A stretch of DNA of 64,000 nucleotides, from assembly GCF_964355755.1 (NCBI RefSeq), contig NC_092670.1, positions 28,446,388-28,510,387 on the forward strand. Reading direction: 5' to 3'. The notes beneath the pieces were generated by a model. The model was given only the letters and a program-made list of their open reading frames with translations, made no database searches and was not told where the DNA came from. The stretch's first letter is position 1. Every line of letters begins with the position of its first letter. The DNA comes from Antedon mediterranea. Taxonomy: Eukaryota > Animalia > Echinodermata. The position numbers and the translations under genes were made by a program. Below, one piece after another: positions 49,101-63,200 of the stretch.

Positions 49101-51352
49101 ACCCGTTAGGCCACAAACCAGTAGATGACTGAAGAGCTGATAATAGTCTATTTATATGAAATGAATGATCAATCAATGAAAAATAATGCCATGCAACTTT
49201 GTTTCTGATTTTAAAAAAGATCCATTTGTTTAGACCTGACATTCACAACCCTAAAAAATATCTCATTTTCAAAAAAAAAATTTATTTTCAATAAGAGAAA
49301 AAAAGCAATATCCCTAGAGGTTGGAACCCGCTACTGAGAGCACTCAAACCTGGATATTACCCGTTACGCCACAAACCAGTAGATAACTGAAGAGCTGATA
49401 ATAGTATATTTATATGAAATTAATGATTAATCAATGAAAAATAATGCCATGCAACTTTGTTTCTGATTTTAAAAAAGGTTTATTTGTTTAGGCCTGACAT
49501 TTACAACCCTCAAAATATCTCACTTTCAAAAAAAATATTTATTTTCAATTAAAAAAAAAGAAAAAAAATATCCCTAGAGGTTCGACCAACTACTCAGAGC
49601 ACTCAAACCTGAGCATTACCCGTTACGCCACAAACCAGTAGATGACTCAAGAGCTGATAATAGTCTATTTATATGAAATGAATGATCAATCAATGAAAAA
49701 TAATGCCATGCAACTTTGTTTCTGATTTTAAAAAAGATCCATTTGTTTAGGCCTGTCATTCACAACCCTAAAAAATATCTCATTTTCAAAAAAAATATTT
49801 ATTTTCAATAAGAAAAAAAAAAGCAGTATCCCTAGAGGTTGGAACCCGCTACTGAGAGCACTCAAACCTGGGTATTACCCGTTACGCCACAAACCAGTAG
49901 ATAACTGAAGAGCTGATAATAGTCTATTTATATGAAATTAATGATCAATCAATGAAAAATAATGCCATGCAACTTTGTTTCTGATTTTAAAAAAGGTTTA
50001 TTTGTTTAGGCCTGACATTTACAACCCTCAAAATATCTCACTTTCAAAAAAAATATTTATTTTCAATTAAAAAAAAAAGAAAGGAAATATCCCTAGAGGT
50101 TCGAACCCACTACTGCGAACACTAAAACCTGAGCATTACCCGTTACGCCACAAACCAGTAGATGACTGAGTAGCTGATACTAGTCTATATATATGAAATG
50201 AATAATCAATCAATGAAAAATAATGCCATGCAACTTTGTTTCTGATTTTTAAAAATGTCCACTTGTTTAGGCCTGACATTTACAACCCTCAAAATATCTC
50301 ACTTTTAAAAAACAATATTTATTTTCAATTTAAAAAAAAAAGAAAAAACAATATCCCTAGAGGTTCGACCCACTACTCAGAGCACTCAAACCTGAGCATT
50401 ACCCGTTAGGCCACAAACCAGTAGATGACTGAAGAGCTGATAATAGTCTATTTATATGAAATGAATGATCAATCAATGAAAAATAATGCCATGCAACTTT
50501 GTTTCTGATTTTAAAAAAGATCCATTTGTTTAGACCTGACATTCACAACCCTAAAAAATATCTCATTTTCAAAAAAAAAATTTATTTTCAATAAGAGAAA
50601 AAAAGCAATATCCCTAGAGGTTGGAACCCGCTACTGAGAGCACTCAAACCTGGATATTACCCGTTACGCCACAAACCAGTAGATAACTGAAGAGCTGATA
50701 ATAGTATATTTATATGAAATTAATGATCAATCAATGAAAAATAATGCCATGCAACTTTGTTTCTGATTTTAAAAAAGGTTTATTTGTTTAGGCCTGACAT
50801 TTACAACCCTCAAAATATCTCACTTTCAAAAAAAATATTTATTTTCAATTAAAAAAAAAGAAAAAAAATATCCCTAGAGGTTCGACCCACTACTCAGAGC
50901 ACTCAAACCTGAGCATTACCCGTTACGCCACAAACCAGTAGATGACTGAAGAGCTGATAATAGTCTATTTATATGAAATGAATGATCAATCAATGAAAAA
51001 TAATGCCATGCAACTTTGTTTCTGATTTTAAAAAAGATCCATTTGTTTAGGCCTGTCATTCACAACCCTAAAAAATATCTCATTTTCAAAAAAAATAATT
51101 ATTTTCAATAAGAAAAAAAAAAAGCAGTATCCCTAGAGGTTGGAACCCGCTACTGAGAGCACTCAAACCTGGGTATTACCCGTTACGCCACAAACCAGTA
51201 GCTAACTGAAGAGCTGATAATAGTCTATTTATATGAAATTAATGATCAATCAATGAAAAATAATGCCATGCAACTTTGTTTCTGATTTTAAAAAAGGTTT
51301 ATTTGTTTAGGCCTGACATTTACAACCCTCAAAATATCTCACTTTCAAAAAC
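43109..51352 (-). repeat. ~260-bp tRNA-like satellite array, block 5 (~32 monomers)
   Basis: Tandem monomers with the same diagnostic variants as blocks 2 and 4. Confidence 0.95.
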
Positions 51353-51699
51353 AAGCACGAATGTGCAATACTCGGGGTACAGCGAAAGAAGCTGTACTGA
51401 CGTCATAAGACCGGATGTAACGTCACATACACATCAAAAACCCCGCTACCAAATACGGCTATACGATACCATCTTCAAGACGTCATATGGCTGCATCCGG
51501 TATGAAAATAAAATATCCGGCTCTCTATAGCTTTGAGGACATGTCCCTGTAGTATATTCATGCTAAATCCGAGCTCAATACTACAACGAATAAGGGAGGA
51601 GTACTACTTTATAAATTGTACTTTTTGCTCAATAGTGTCCGGATGGAAGAAGAAGAGGAAAAGATGAGAGAGTCCTAGACTCAGGTACCCCGACTAATA
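51350..51699 (-). mobile_element. Non-autonomous Helentron (HINE), full length
   Basis: Paralog of 5581-5930 at offset 45,769. Confidence 0.75.
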
Positions 51700-51765
51700 A
51701 AACGATATATACTCTATATCATTTTACGTATACAGTATATTTCACCATAAAGTTAAAGAAAAATA

Positions 51766-51836
51766 GGTTTCGCCAGGGCTCGAACCGGGACCTTCTGCGA
51801 GTTAAGCAGACTTGACAACCACTACACTACGAAACC
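51766..51836 (-). pseudogene. tRNA-Val(AAC)-derived copy, type A
   Basis: Matches 5997-6067. Confidence 0.8.
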
Positions 51837-52049
51837 TCTTACACCAAAAATGTGGGTTACACAAAGTTTTTTAATCCATTTAAATTACAAATAAATTATT
51901 ATGTAATAAGCACAAAGCAAGATAAACATGTGTAAAAGTGATAATTACCGATTACACAAAATAAATATTTTTAAAAATAATAAAAATAAGATATACTGTA
52001 TATCATATTACCTTATCAGTACTTTTTACCATAAAGTTGAAAAAAAAAA

Positions 52050-52121
52050 GGTTTCGCCCAGGCTCGAACCGGGGACCTTCTGCGTGTCAAGCAGACGTGA
52101 TAACCACTACGCCAAGAAGCC
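52050..52121 (-). pseudogene. tRNA-Val type B with the anticodon mutated to GAC
   Basis: The loop reads TTGACAC. Otherwise as 6281-6352, with one G-U pair in the T stem. Confidence 0.75.
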
Positions 52122-52191
52122 GCATATAACTACATAACGCTGTGGTGTGTGTCACACATTGTGGCTTCTTAATTAAACAAATTAATTAACA

Positions 52192-52366
52192 AACAAGCAC
52201 GAATGTGCAATACTCGGGGTACAGCGAAAGAAGCTGTAATGACGTCATAAGACCGGATGTAACGTCACATACACATCAATAACCGCGCTACCAAAGACGG
52301 CTATACGGTACCATCTTCGAGACGTGATATGGCTGCATCCGGTTTGAAATTAAAAAATCCGGCTCT
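52192..52366 (-). mobile_element. HINE 3'-half fragment cut by the 88-bp satellite
   Basis: Normal HINE sequence up to aatccggctct, then satellite. Confidence 0.75.
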
Positions 52367-52369
52367 AAA

Positions 52370-55300
52370 AAACAAAAACACCAAAGTGCTTAAAATAGCT
52401 TCAAATCGCATTTGGAGACGTTTTAGACCATTTTGTGATTTTCGAAAAAACTTGTTAACATAAAAACACCAAATTGCTTAGAATAGCTTAACATCGCATT
52501 TGGAGACGCTTTATACCATTTTGTGATTTTCGAAAAAACTTGTTAACATAAAAACACCAAAGTGCTTAGAATAGCTTCAAATCGCATTTGGAGACGTTTT
52601 AGACCATTTTGTGATTTTCGAAAAAACTTGTTAACATAAAAACACCAAAGTGCTAAGAATAGCTTGAAATCGCATTTGGAGACATTTTAGACCATTTTGT
52701 GATTTTCGAAAAAACTCGTTAACATAAAAACACCAAAGTGCTTAGAATTGCTTCAAATCGCATTTGGAGACGTTTTAGACCATTTTGTGATTTTCTAAAA
52801 AAGTTGTTAACATAAAAACATCAAAGTGCTTAAAATCACATTAGAACCCGTTTTAGACCATTTTGAGCATTTCGATAAAACTTTTCACACAAAAACATCA
52901 AAGAGCACAAAATAGCTTAATATCGTATTTAAAAACGTTTTTGACCATTTTGAGCATTTCGACACAAATTATTCACACAAAACAGCAAAGTATACAGAAT
53001 AGCTTTAAATCGCATTTGGAAACGTTTTAGACCATTTTGTGATTTTCGAAAAAACTTGTTAACATAAAAACACCAAAGTTCTTAGAATAGCTTCAAATCG
53101 CATTTGGAGACGTTTTAGACCATTTTGTGATTTTCGAAAAAACTTGTTAACATAAAAACATCAAAGTGTACAGAATAGCTTCAAATCGCATTTGGAGACG
53201 TTTTAGACCATTTTGTGATTTTCGAAAAAACTTGTTAACATAAAAACACCAAAGTGCTTAGAATTGCTTCAAATCGCATTTGGAGACGTTTTAGACCATT
53301 TTGTGATTTTCTAAAAAAGTTGTTAACATAAAAACATCAAAGTGCTTAAAATCACATTAGAAACCGTTTTAGACCATTTTGAGCATTTCGATAAAACTTT
53401 TCACACAAAAACATCAAAGAGCACAAAATAGCTTAATATCGTATTTAAAAACGTTTTTGACCATTTTGAGCATTTCGACACAAATTATTCACACAAAACA
53501 GCAAAGTATACAGAATAGCTTTAAATCGCATTTGGAAACGTTTTAGACCATTTTGTGATTTTCGAAAAAACTTGTTAACATAAAAACACCAAAGTTCTTA
53601 GAATAGCTTCAAATCGCATTTGGAGACGTTTTAGACCATTTTGTGATTTTCGAAAAAACTTGTTAACATAAAAACATAAAAGTGTACAGAATAGCTTCAA
53701 ATCACATTTTGAGACATTTTAGACCCTTTTGTGATTTTCGAAAAAACTTGGTTACACAAAAACACCAAAGTGCTTAAAATAGCTTCAAATCGCATTTGGA
53801 GACGTTTTAGACCATTTTGTGATTTTCGAAAAAACTTGTTAACATAAAAACACCAAAGTGCTTAGAATAGCTTCAAATCGCATTTGGAGACGTTTTAGAC
53901 CATTTTGTGATTTTCGAAAAAACTTGTTAACATAAAAACAACAAAGTTCTTAGAAAAGCTTCAAATCGCATTTGGAGACATTTTAGATCAATTTGTTATT
54001 TTCGAAAAAACTTGTTAACATAATAACACAAAAGTGCTTAGAATAGCTTCAAATCGCATTTGGAGACGTTTTACCCCATTTTGTGATTTTCGAATAAAAT
54101 TGTTAACATAAAAACACAAAGGTGCTTAGAATAGCTTCAAATCGCATTTGGAGACGTTTTAGACCATTTTGTGATTTTCGAAAAAACTCGTTAACATAAA
54201 AACACCAAAGTGCTTAGAATAGCTTCAAATCGCATTTGGAGACGTTTTAGACCATTTTGTGATTTTCGAAAAAACTTGTAAACATAAAAACACCAAAGTG
54301 CTTAGAAAAGCTTCAAATCGCATTTGGAGACATTTTAGACCATTTTGTGATTTTCGAAAAAACTTGTTAACATAAAAACACAAAGGTGCTTAGAATAGCT
54401 TCAAATCGCATTTGGAGACGTTTTAGACCATTTTGTGATTTTCGAAAAAACTCGTTAACATAAAAACACCAAAGTGCTTAGAATAGCTTCAAATCGCATT
54501 TGGAGACGTTTTAGACCATTTTGTGATTTTCGAAAAAACTTGTAAACATAAAAACACCAAAGTACTTAGAAAAGCTTCAAATCGCATTCGGAGACATTTT
54601 AGACCATTTTGTGATTTTCGAAAAAACATGTTAACATAAAAACACAAAAGTGCTTAGAATAGCTTCAAATCGCATTTGGAGACGTTTTAGACCATTTTTG
54701 TGATTTTCGAAAAAACTTGTTAATATAAAAACACCAAATTGCTTAGAATAGCTTCAAATCGCATTTGGAGACGTTTTAGACCATTTTGTGATTTTCGAAA
54801 AAACTTGTTAACATAAAAACACCAAAGTGCTAAGAATAGCTTGAAATCGCATTTGGAGACATTTTAGACCATTTTGTGATTTTCGAAAAAAATCGTTAAC
54901 ATAAAAACATCAAAGTGCTTAAAATCACATTAGAAACCGTTTTAGACCATTTTGAGCATTTCGATAAAACTTTTCACACAAAAACATCAAAGAGCACAAA
55001 ATAGCTTAATATCGTATTTAAAAAACGTTTTTGTCCATTTTGAGCATTTCGACAAAAAATATTCACAAAAAACAGCAAAGTGTACAGAATAGCTTCAAAT
55101 CGCATTTGGAGACGTTTTAGACCATTTTTTGATTTTCGAAAAAACTTGTTAACATAAAAACACAAAAGTGCTTAGAATAGCTTCAAATCGCACTTGGAGA
55201 CGTTTTAGACCATTTTGTGATTTTCGAAAAAACTTGTTAACATAAAAACACCAAAGTGCTTAGAATAGCTTAAAATCGCATTTGGAGACGTTTTAGACCA

Positions 55301-57245
55301 TTTTGTAATTTTCGAAAAAACTTGTTAACATAAAAACACCAAAGTGCTAAGAATAGCTTGAAATCGCATTTGGAGACGTTTTAGACCATTTTGTGATTTT
55401 CGAAAAAACTCGTTAACATAAAAACACCAAAGTGCTTAGAATAGCTTCAAATCGCATTTGGAGACGTTTTAGACCATTTTGTGATTTTCGAAAAAACTTG
55501 TAAACATAAAAACACCAAAGTACTTAGAAAAGCTTCAAATCGCATTCGGAGACATTTTAGACCATTTTGTGATTTTCGAAAAAACATGTTAACATAAAAA
55601 CACAAAAGTGCTTAGAATAGCTTCAAATCGCATTTGGAGACGTTTTAGACCATTTTTGTGATTTTCGAAAAAACTTGTTAATATAAAAACACCAAATTGC
55701 TTAGAATAGCTTCAAATCGCATTTGGAGACGTTTTAGACCATTTTGTGATTTTCGAAAAAACTTGTTAACATAAAAACACCAAAGTGCTAAGAATAGCTT
55801 GAAATCGCATTTGGAGACATTTTAGACCATTTTGTGATTTTCGAAAAAAATCGTTAACATAAAAACACCAAAGTGCTTAGAATTGCCTCAAATCGCCATT
55901 GGAGACGTTTAAACCATTTTGTGATTTTCTAAAAAAGTTGTTAACATAAAAACATCAAAGTGCTTAAAATCACATTAGAAACCGTTTTAGACCATTTTGA
56001 GCATTTCGATAAAACTTTTCACACAAAAACATCAAAGAGCACAAACTAGCTTAATATCGTATTTAAAAACGTTTTTGACCATTTTGAGCATTTCGACACA
56101 AATTATTCACACAAAACAGCAAAGTATACAGAATAGCTTTAAATCGCATTTGGAGACGTTTTAGACCATTTTGTGATTTTCGAAAAAACTTGTTAACATA
56201 AAAACACCAAAGTGCTTAGAATAGCTTAAAATCGCATTTGGAGACATTTTAGACCATTTTGTGATTTTCGAAAAAACTTGTTAACATAAAAACACAAAGG
56301 TGCTTAGAATAGCTTCAAATCGCATTTGGAGACGTTTTAGACCATTTTGTGATTTTCGAAAAAACTTGTTAATATAAAAACACCAAATTGCTTATAATAG
56401 CTTCAAATCGCATTTGGAGACGTTTTAGACCATTTTGTGATTTTCGAAAAAAAATCGTTAACATAAAAACATCAAAGTGCTTAAAATCAAATTAGAAACC
56501 GTTTTAGACCATTTTGAGCATTTCGATAAAACTTTTCACACAAAAACATCAAAGAGCACAAAATAGCTTAATATCGTATTTAAAAACGTTTTTGACCATT
56601 TTGAGCATTTCGACAAAAATTATTCACACAAAACAGCAAAGTGTACAGAATAGCTTCAAATCGCATTTGGAGACGTTTTAGACCATTTTGTGATTTTCGA
56701 AAAAACTTGTTAACATAAAAACACCAAAGTGCTTAGAATAGCTTCAAATCGCATTTTGAGACATTTTAGACCATTTGGTGATTTTCGAAAAAACTTGTTA
56801 ACATAAAAACACCAAAGTGCTTAGAATAGCTTCAAATCGCATTTGGAGACGTTTTAGACCATTTTGTGATTTTCGAAAAAACTTGTTAACATAAAAACAC
56901 CAAAGTGCTTAGAATAGCTTCAAATCGCATTTTCTGACATTTTAGACCATTTTGTGATTTTCGAAAAAACTTGTTAACATAAAAACACCAAAGTGCTTAT
57001 AAAAGCTTTAAATCGCATTTGGAGACATTTTAGACCATTTTGTGATTTTCGAAAAAAACTCGTTACCATAAAAACACCAAAGTGCTTAGAATTGCTTCAA
57101 ATCGCATTTGGAGACGTTTTAGACCATCTTGGGATTTTCTAAAAAAGTTGTTAACATAAAAACATCAAAGTGCTTAAAATCACATTAGAAACCGTTTTAG
57201 ACCATTTTGAGCATTTCGATAAAACTTTTCACAGAAAAACATCAA
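52370..57245 (+). repeat. 88-bp satellite array (orientation A)
   Basis: Same monomer as the array starting at 17190. Confidence 0.97.
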
Positions 57246-60200
57246 CGATTTGAAGCTATTCTAAGCAATTTGGTGTTTTTATATTAACAACCTTTTTAGA
57301 AAATCACAAAATGGTCTAAAACGTCTCCAAATGCGATTTGAAGCAATTCTAAGCACTTTGGTGTTTTTATGTTAACGAGTTATTTCGAAAATCACAAAAT
57401 GGTCTAAAACGTCTCCAAATGCGATTTCAAGCTATTCTTAGCACTTTGGTGTTTTTATGTTAACAAGTTATTTCGAAAATCACAAAATGGTCTAAAACGT
57501 CTCCAAATGCGATTTAAAGCTATTCTAGGCACTTTGGTGTTTTTATGTTAACAAGTTTTTTAGAAAATCACAAAATGGTCTAAAACGTCTCCAAATGCGA
57601 TTTGAAGCTATTTTAAGCACTTTGGTGTTTTTGTGTAACCAAGTTTTTTCGAAAATCACAAAAGGGTCTAAAATGTCTCAAAATGTGATTTGAAGCTATT
57701 CTGTACACTTTTATGTTTTTATGTTAACAAGTTTTTTCGAAAATCACAAAATGGTCTAAAACGTCTCCAAATGCGATTTGAAGCTATTCTGTACACTTTG
57801 CTGTTTTGTGTGAATAATTTTTGTCGAAATGCTCAAAATGGTCAAAAACGTTTTTAAATACGATATTAAGCTATTTTGTGCTCTTTGATGTTTTTGTGTG
57901 AAAAGTTTTTTCGAAATGCTCAAAATGGTCTAAAACGGTTTCTAATGTGATTTTAAGCACTTTGATGTTTTTATGTTACCGAATTTTTTCGAAAATCACA
58001 AAATGGTCTAAAATGTCTCCAAATGCGATTTCAAGCTATTCTAAGCACTTTGGTGTTTTTATGTTAACGATTTTTTTCGAAAATCACAAAATGGTCTAAA
58101 ACGTCTCCAATTGCGATTTCAAGCTATTCTTAGCACTTTGGTGTTTTTATGTTAACAAGTTATTTCGAAAATCACAAAATGGTCTAAAACGTCTACAAGT
58201 GCGATTTTAAGCTATTCTAAGCACTTTGGTGTTTTTAGGTTAACAAGTTTTTTCGAAAATCACAAAATGGTGTAAAACGTCTGCAAATGCGATTTTAAGC
58301 TATTCTAAGCAATTTGGTGTTTTTATGTTAACAAGTTTTTTCGAAAATCACAAAATGGTCTAAAACGTCTCCAAATGCAATTTGAAGCTATTCTGTACAC
58401 TTTGCTGTTTTGTGTGAATAATTTTTGTCGAAATGCTCAAAATGGTCAAAAACGTTTTTAAATACGATATTAAGCTATTTTGTGCTCTTTGATTTTTTTG
58501 TGTGAAAAGTTTTATCGAAATGCTCAAAATGGTCTAAAACGGTTTCTAATGTGATTTTAAGCACTTTGGTGTTTTTATGTTAACAAGTTTTTTAGAAAAT
58601 CACAAAATGGTCTAAAACGTCTCCAAATGCGATTTGAAGCTATTTTAAGCACTTTGGTGTTTTTGTGTAACCAAGTTTTTTCGAAAATCACAAAAGGGTC
58701 TAAAATGTCTCAAAATGTGATTTGAAGCTATTCTGTACACTTTTATGTTTTTATGTTAACAAGTTTTTTCGAAAATCACAAAATGGTCTAAAACGTCTCC
58801 AAATGCGATTTGAAGCTATTCTGTACACTTTGCTGTTTTGTGTGAATAATTTTTGTCGAAATGCTCAAAATGGTCAAAAACGTTTTTAAATACGATATTA
58901 AGCTATTTTGTGCTCTTTGATGTTTTTGTGTGAAAAGTTTTTTCGAAATGCTCAAAATGGTCTAAAACGGTTTCTAATGTGATTTTAAGCACTTTGATGT
59001 TTTTATGTTACCGAATTTTTTCGAAAATCACAAAATGGTCTAAAATGTCTCCAAATGCGATTTCAAGCTATTCTAAGCACTTTGGTGTTTTTATGTTAAC
59101 GATTTTTTTCGAAAATCACAAAATGGTCTAAAACGTCTCCAATTGCGATTTCAAGCTATTCTTAGCACTTTGGTGTTTTTATGTTAACAAGTTATTTCGA
59201 AAATCACAAAATGGTCTAAAACGTCTACAAGTGCGATTTTAAGCTATTCTAAGCACTTTGGTGTTTTTAGGTTAACAAGTTTTTTCGAAAATCACAAAAT
59301 GGTGTAAAACGTCTGCAAATGCGATTTTAAGCTATTCTAAGCAATTTGGTGTTTTTATGTTAACAAGTTTTTTCGAAAATCACAAAATGGTCTAAAACGT
59401 CTCCAAATGCGATTTGAAGCTATTCTGTACACTTTGCTGTTTTGTGTGAATAATTTTTGTCGAAATGCTCAAAATGGTCAAAAACGTTTTTAAATACGAT
59501 ATTAAGCTATTTTGTGTTCTTTGATTTTTTTGTGTGAAAAGTTTTATCGAAATGCTCAAAATGGTCTAAAACGGTTTCTAATGTGATTTTAAGCACTTTG
59601 GTGTTTTTATGTTAACAAGTTTTTTCGAAAATCACAAAATGGTCTAAAACGTCTCCAAATGCGATTTGAAGCTATTCTAAACACTTTGGTGTTTTTATGT
59701 TAACAAGTTTTTTCGAAAATCACAAAATGGTCTAAAACGTCTCCAAATGCGATTTGAAGCTATTCAAAGCACTTTGGTGTTTTATGTTAACAACTTTTTT
59801 CGAAAATCACAAAAAGGTCTAAAATGTCTCCAAATGCGATTTGAAGCTATTCTTAGCACTTTGGTGTTTTTATGTTAACAAGTTTTTTCGAAAATCACAA
59901 AATGGTCTAGAACGTCTCCAAATGCGATTTGAAGCTATTCTGTACACTTTGATGTTTTGTGTGAAAAATTTTTGTCGAAATGCTCAAAATGGTCAAAAAC
60001 GTTTTTAAATACGATATTAAGCTATTTTGTGCTCTTTGATGTTTTTGTGTGAAAAGTTTTAGCGAAATGCTCAAAATGGTCTAAAACAGTTTTTAATGTG
60101 ATTTTAAGCACTTTGATGTTTTATGTTAACAAGTTTTTTTCGAAAATCACAAAATGGTCTAAAACGTCTCCAAATTCGATTTTAAGCTATTCTAAGCGCT

Positions 60201-63200
60201 TTTGTGTTTTTATGTTAACAAGTTTTTTTCGAAAATCACAAAATGGTCTAAAACGTCTCCAAATGCGATTTGAAGCTATTCTAAGCACTTTGGTGTTTTT
60301 ATGTTAACAAGTTTTTTCGAAAATCACAAAATGGTCTAAAACGTCTCCAAACGCGATTTAAAGCTATTCTGTATACTTTGCTGTTTTGTGTGAATAATTT
60401 TTGTCGAAATGCTCAAAATGGTCAAAAACGTTTTTAAATACGATATTAAGCTATTTTGTGCTCTTTGATATTTTTGTGTGAAAAGTTTTATCGAAATGCT
60501 CAAAATGGTCTGAAACGGTTTCTAATGTGATTTTAAGCACTTTGATGTTTTTATGTTAACAACTTTTTTAGAAAATCAAGAAATGGTCTAAAACGTCTCC
60601 AAATGCGATTTGAAGCTATTCTAAGCACTTTGGTGTTTTTATGTTAACAAGTTTTTTCGAAAATCACAAAATGGTCTAAAACGTCTCCAAATGCGATTTG
60701 AAGCTATTCAAAGCACTTTGGTGTTTTATGTTAACAACTTTTTTCGAAAATCACAAAAAGGTCTAAAATGTCTCCAAATGCGATTTGAAGCTATTCTTAG
60801 CACTTTGGTGTTTTTATGTTAACAAGTTTTTTCGAAAATCACAAAATGGTCTAGAACGTCTCCAAATGCGATTTGAAGCTATTCTGTACACTTTGCTGTT
60901 TTGTGTGAAAAATTTTTGTCGAAATGCTCAAAATGGTCAAAAACGTTTTTAAATACGATATTAAGTTATTTTGTGCTCTTTGATGTTTTTGTGTGAAAAG
61001 TTTTAGCGAAATGCTCAAAATGGTCTAAAACAGTTTTTAATGTGATTTTAAGCACTTTGATGTTTTATGTTAACAAGTTTTTTTCGAAAATCACAAAATG
61101 GTCTAAAACGTCTCCAAATGCGATTTGAAGCTATTCTAAGCACTTTTGTGTTTTTATGTTAACAAGTTTTTTCGAAAATCACAAAATGGTCTAAAATATT
61201 TCCAAATGCGATTTGAAGCTTTTCTAAGCACTTTGGTGTTTTTATGTTTACAAGTTTTTTCGAAAATCACAAAATGGTCTAAAACGTCTCCAAATGCGAT
61301 TTGAAGCTATTCTAAGCACTTTGGTGTTTTTATGTTAACAAGTTATTTCGAAAATCACAAAATGGTCTAAAACGTCTCCAAATGCGATTTGAAGCTATTT
61401 TAAGCACTTTGGTGTTTTTGTGTAACCAAGTTTTTTCGAAAATCACAAAAGGGTCTATAATGTCTCAAAATGCGATTTGAAGCTATTCTGTACACTTTGA
61501 TGTTTTTATGTTAACAAGTTTTTTCGAAAATCACAAAATGGTCTAAAACGTCTCCAAATGCGATTTGAAGCTATTCTAAGCACTTTGGTGTTTTTATGTT
61601 AACAAGTTTTTTAGAAAATCACAAAATAGTCTAAAACGTCTCCAAATGCGATTTGAAGCTATTTTAAGCACTTTGGTGTTTTGTGTGAATAATTTTTGTC
61701 AAAATGCTCAAAATGGTCAAAAACGTTTTTAAATACTATATTAAGCTATTTTGTGCTCTTTGATGTTTTTGTGTGAAAAGTTTTATCGAAATGCTCAAAA
61801 TGGTCTAAAACGGTTTCTAATGTGATTTTAAGCACTTTGATGTTTTTATGTTAACAAGTTTTTTCGAAAATCAAAAAATGGTCTAAAACGTCTCCAAATG
61901 CGATTTGAAGCTATTCTAAACACTTTGATGTTTTTATGTTAACAAGTTTTTTTCGAAAATCACAAAATGGTCTAAAACGTCTCCAAATGCGATTTGAAGC
62001 TATTCTAAGCACTTTGGTGTTTTTGTGTTAACAAGTTTTTTCGAAAATCACAAAATGGTCTAAAACGTCTCCAAACGCGATTTAAAGCTATTCTGTATAC
62101 TTTGCTGTTTTGTGTGAATAATTTTTGTCGAAATGCTCAAAATGGTCAAAAACGTTTTTAAATACGATATTAAGCTATTTTGTGCTCTTTGATGTTTTTG
62201 TGTGAAAAGTTTTATCGAAATGCTCAAAATGGTCTGAAACGGTTTCTAATGTGATTTTAAGCACTTTGATGTTTTTATGTTAACAACTTTTTTAGAAAAT
62301 CAAGAAATGGTCTAAAACGTCTCCAAATGCGATTTGAAGCTATTCTAAGCACTTTGGTGTTTTTATGTTAACGAGTTTTTTCGAAAATCACTAAATGGTC
62401 TAAAATGTCTCCAAATGCGATTTCAAGCTATTCTTAGCACTTTGGTGTTTTTATGTTAACAAGTTTTTTCGAAAATCACAAAATGGTCTAAAACGTCTGC
62501 AAATGCGATTTCAAGCTATTCTAAGCACTTTGGTGTTTTTATGTTAACGATTTTTTTCGAAAATCACAAAATGGTCTAAAACGTCTCCAATTGCGATTTC
62601 AAGCTATTCTTAGCACTTTGGTGTTTTTATGTTAACAAGTTATTTCGAAAATCACAAAATGGTCTAAAACGTCTACAAGTGCGATTTTAAGCTATTCTAA
62701 GCACTTTGGTGTTTTTATGTTAACAAGTTTTTTCGAAAATCACAAAATGGTGTAAAACGTCTCCAAATGCGATTTTAAGCTATTCTAAGCAATTTGGTGT
62801 TTTTATGTTAACAAGTTTTTTCGAAAATCACAAAATGGTCTAAAACGTCTCCAAATGCGATTTGAAGCTATTCTGTAAACTTTGCTGTTTTGTGTGAATA
62901 ATTTTTGTCGAAATGCTCAAAATGGTCAAAAACGTTTTTAAATACGATATTAAGCTATTTTGTGCTCTTTGATTTTTTTGTGTGAAAAGTTTTATCGAAA
63001 TGCTCAAAATGGTCTAAAACGGTTTCTAATGTGATTTTAAGCACTTTGGTGTTTTTATGTTAACAAGTTTTTTCGAAAATCACAAAATGGTCTAAAACGT
63101 CTCCAAATGCGATTTGAAGCTATTCTAAACACTTTGGTGTTTTTATGTTGACAAGTTTTTTCGAAAATCACAAAATGGTCTAAAACGTCTCCAAATGCAA

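Noticed and set aside
21611-60307. ORFs in the 88-bp satellite (21611, 34473, 39938, 41150, 54974, 60098)
   Set aside because: The 88-bp unit cycles through reading frames; no coding signature.
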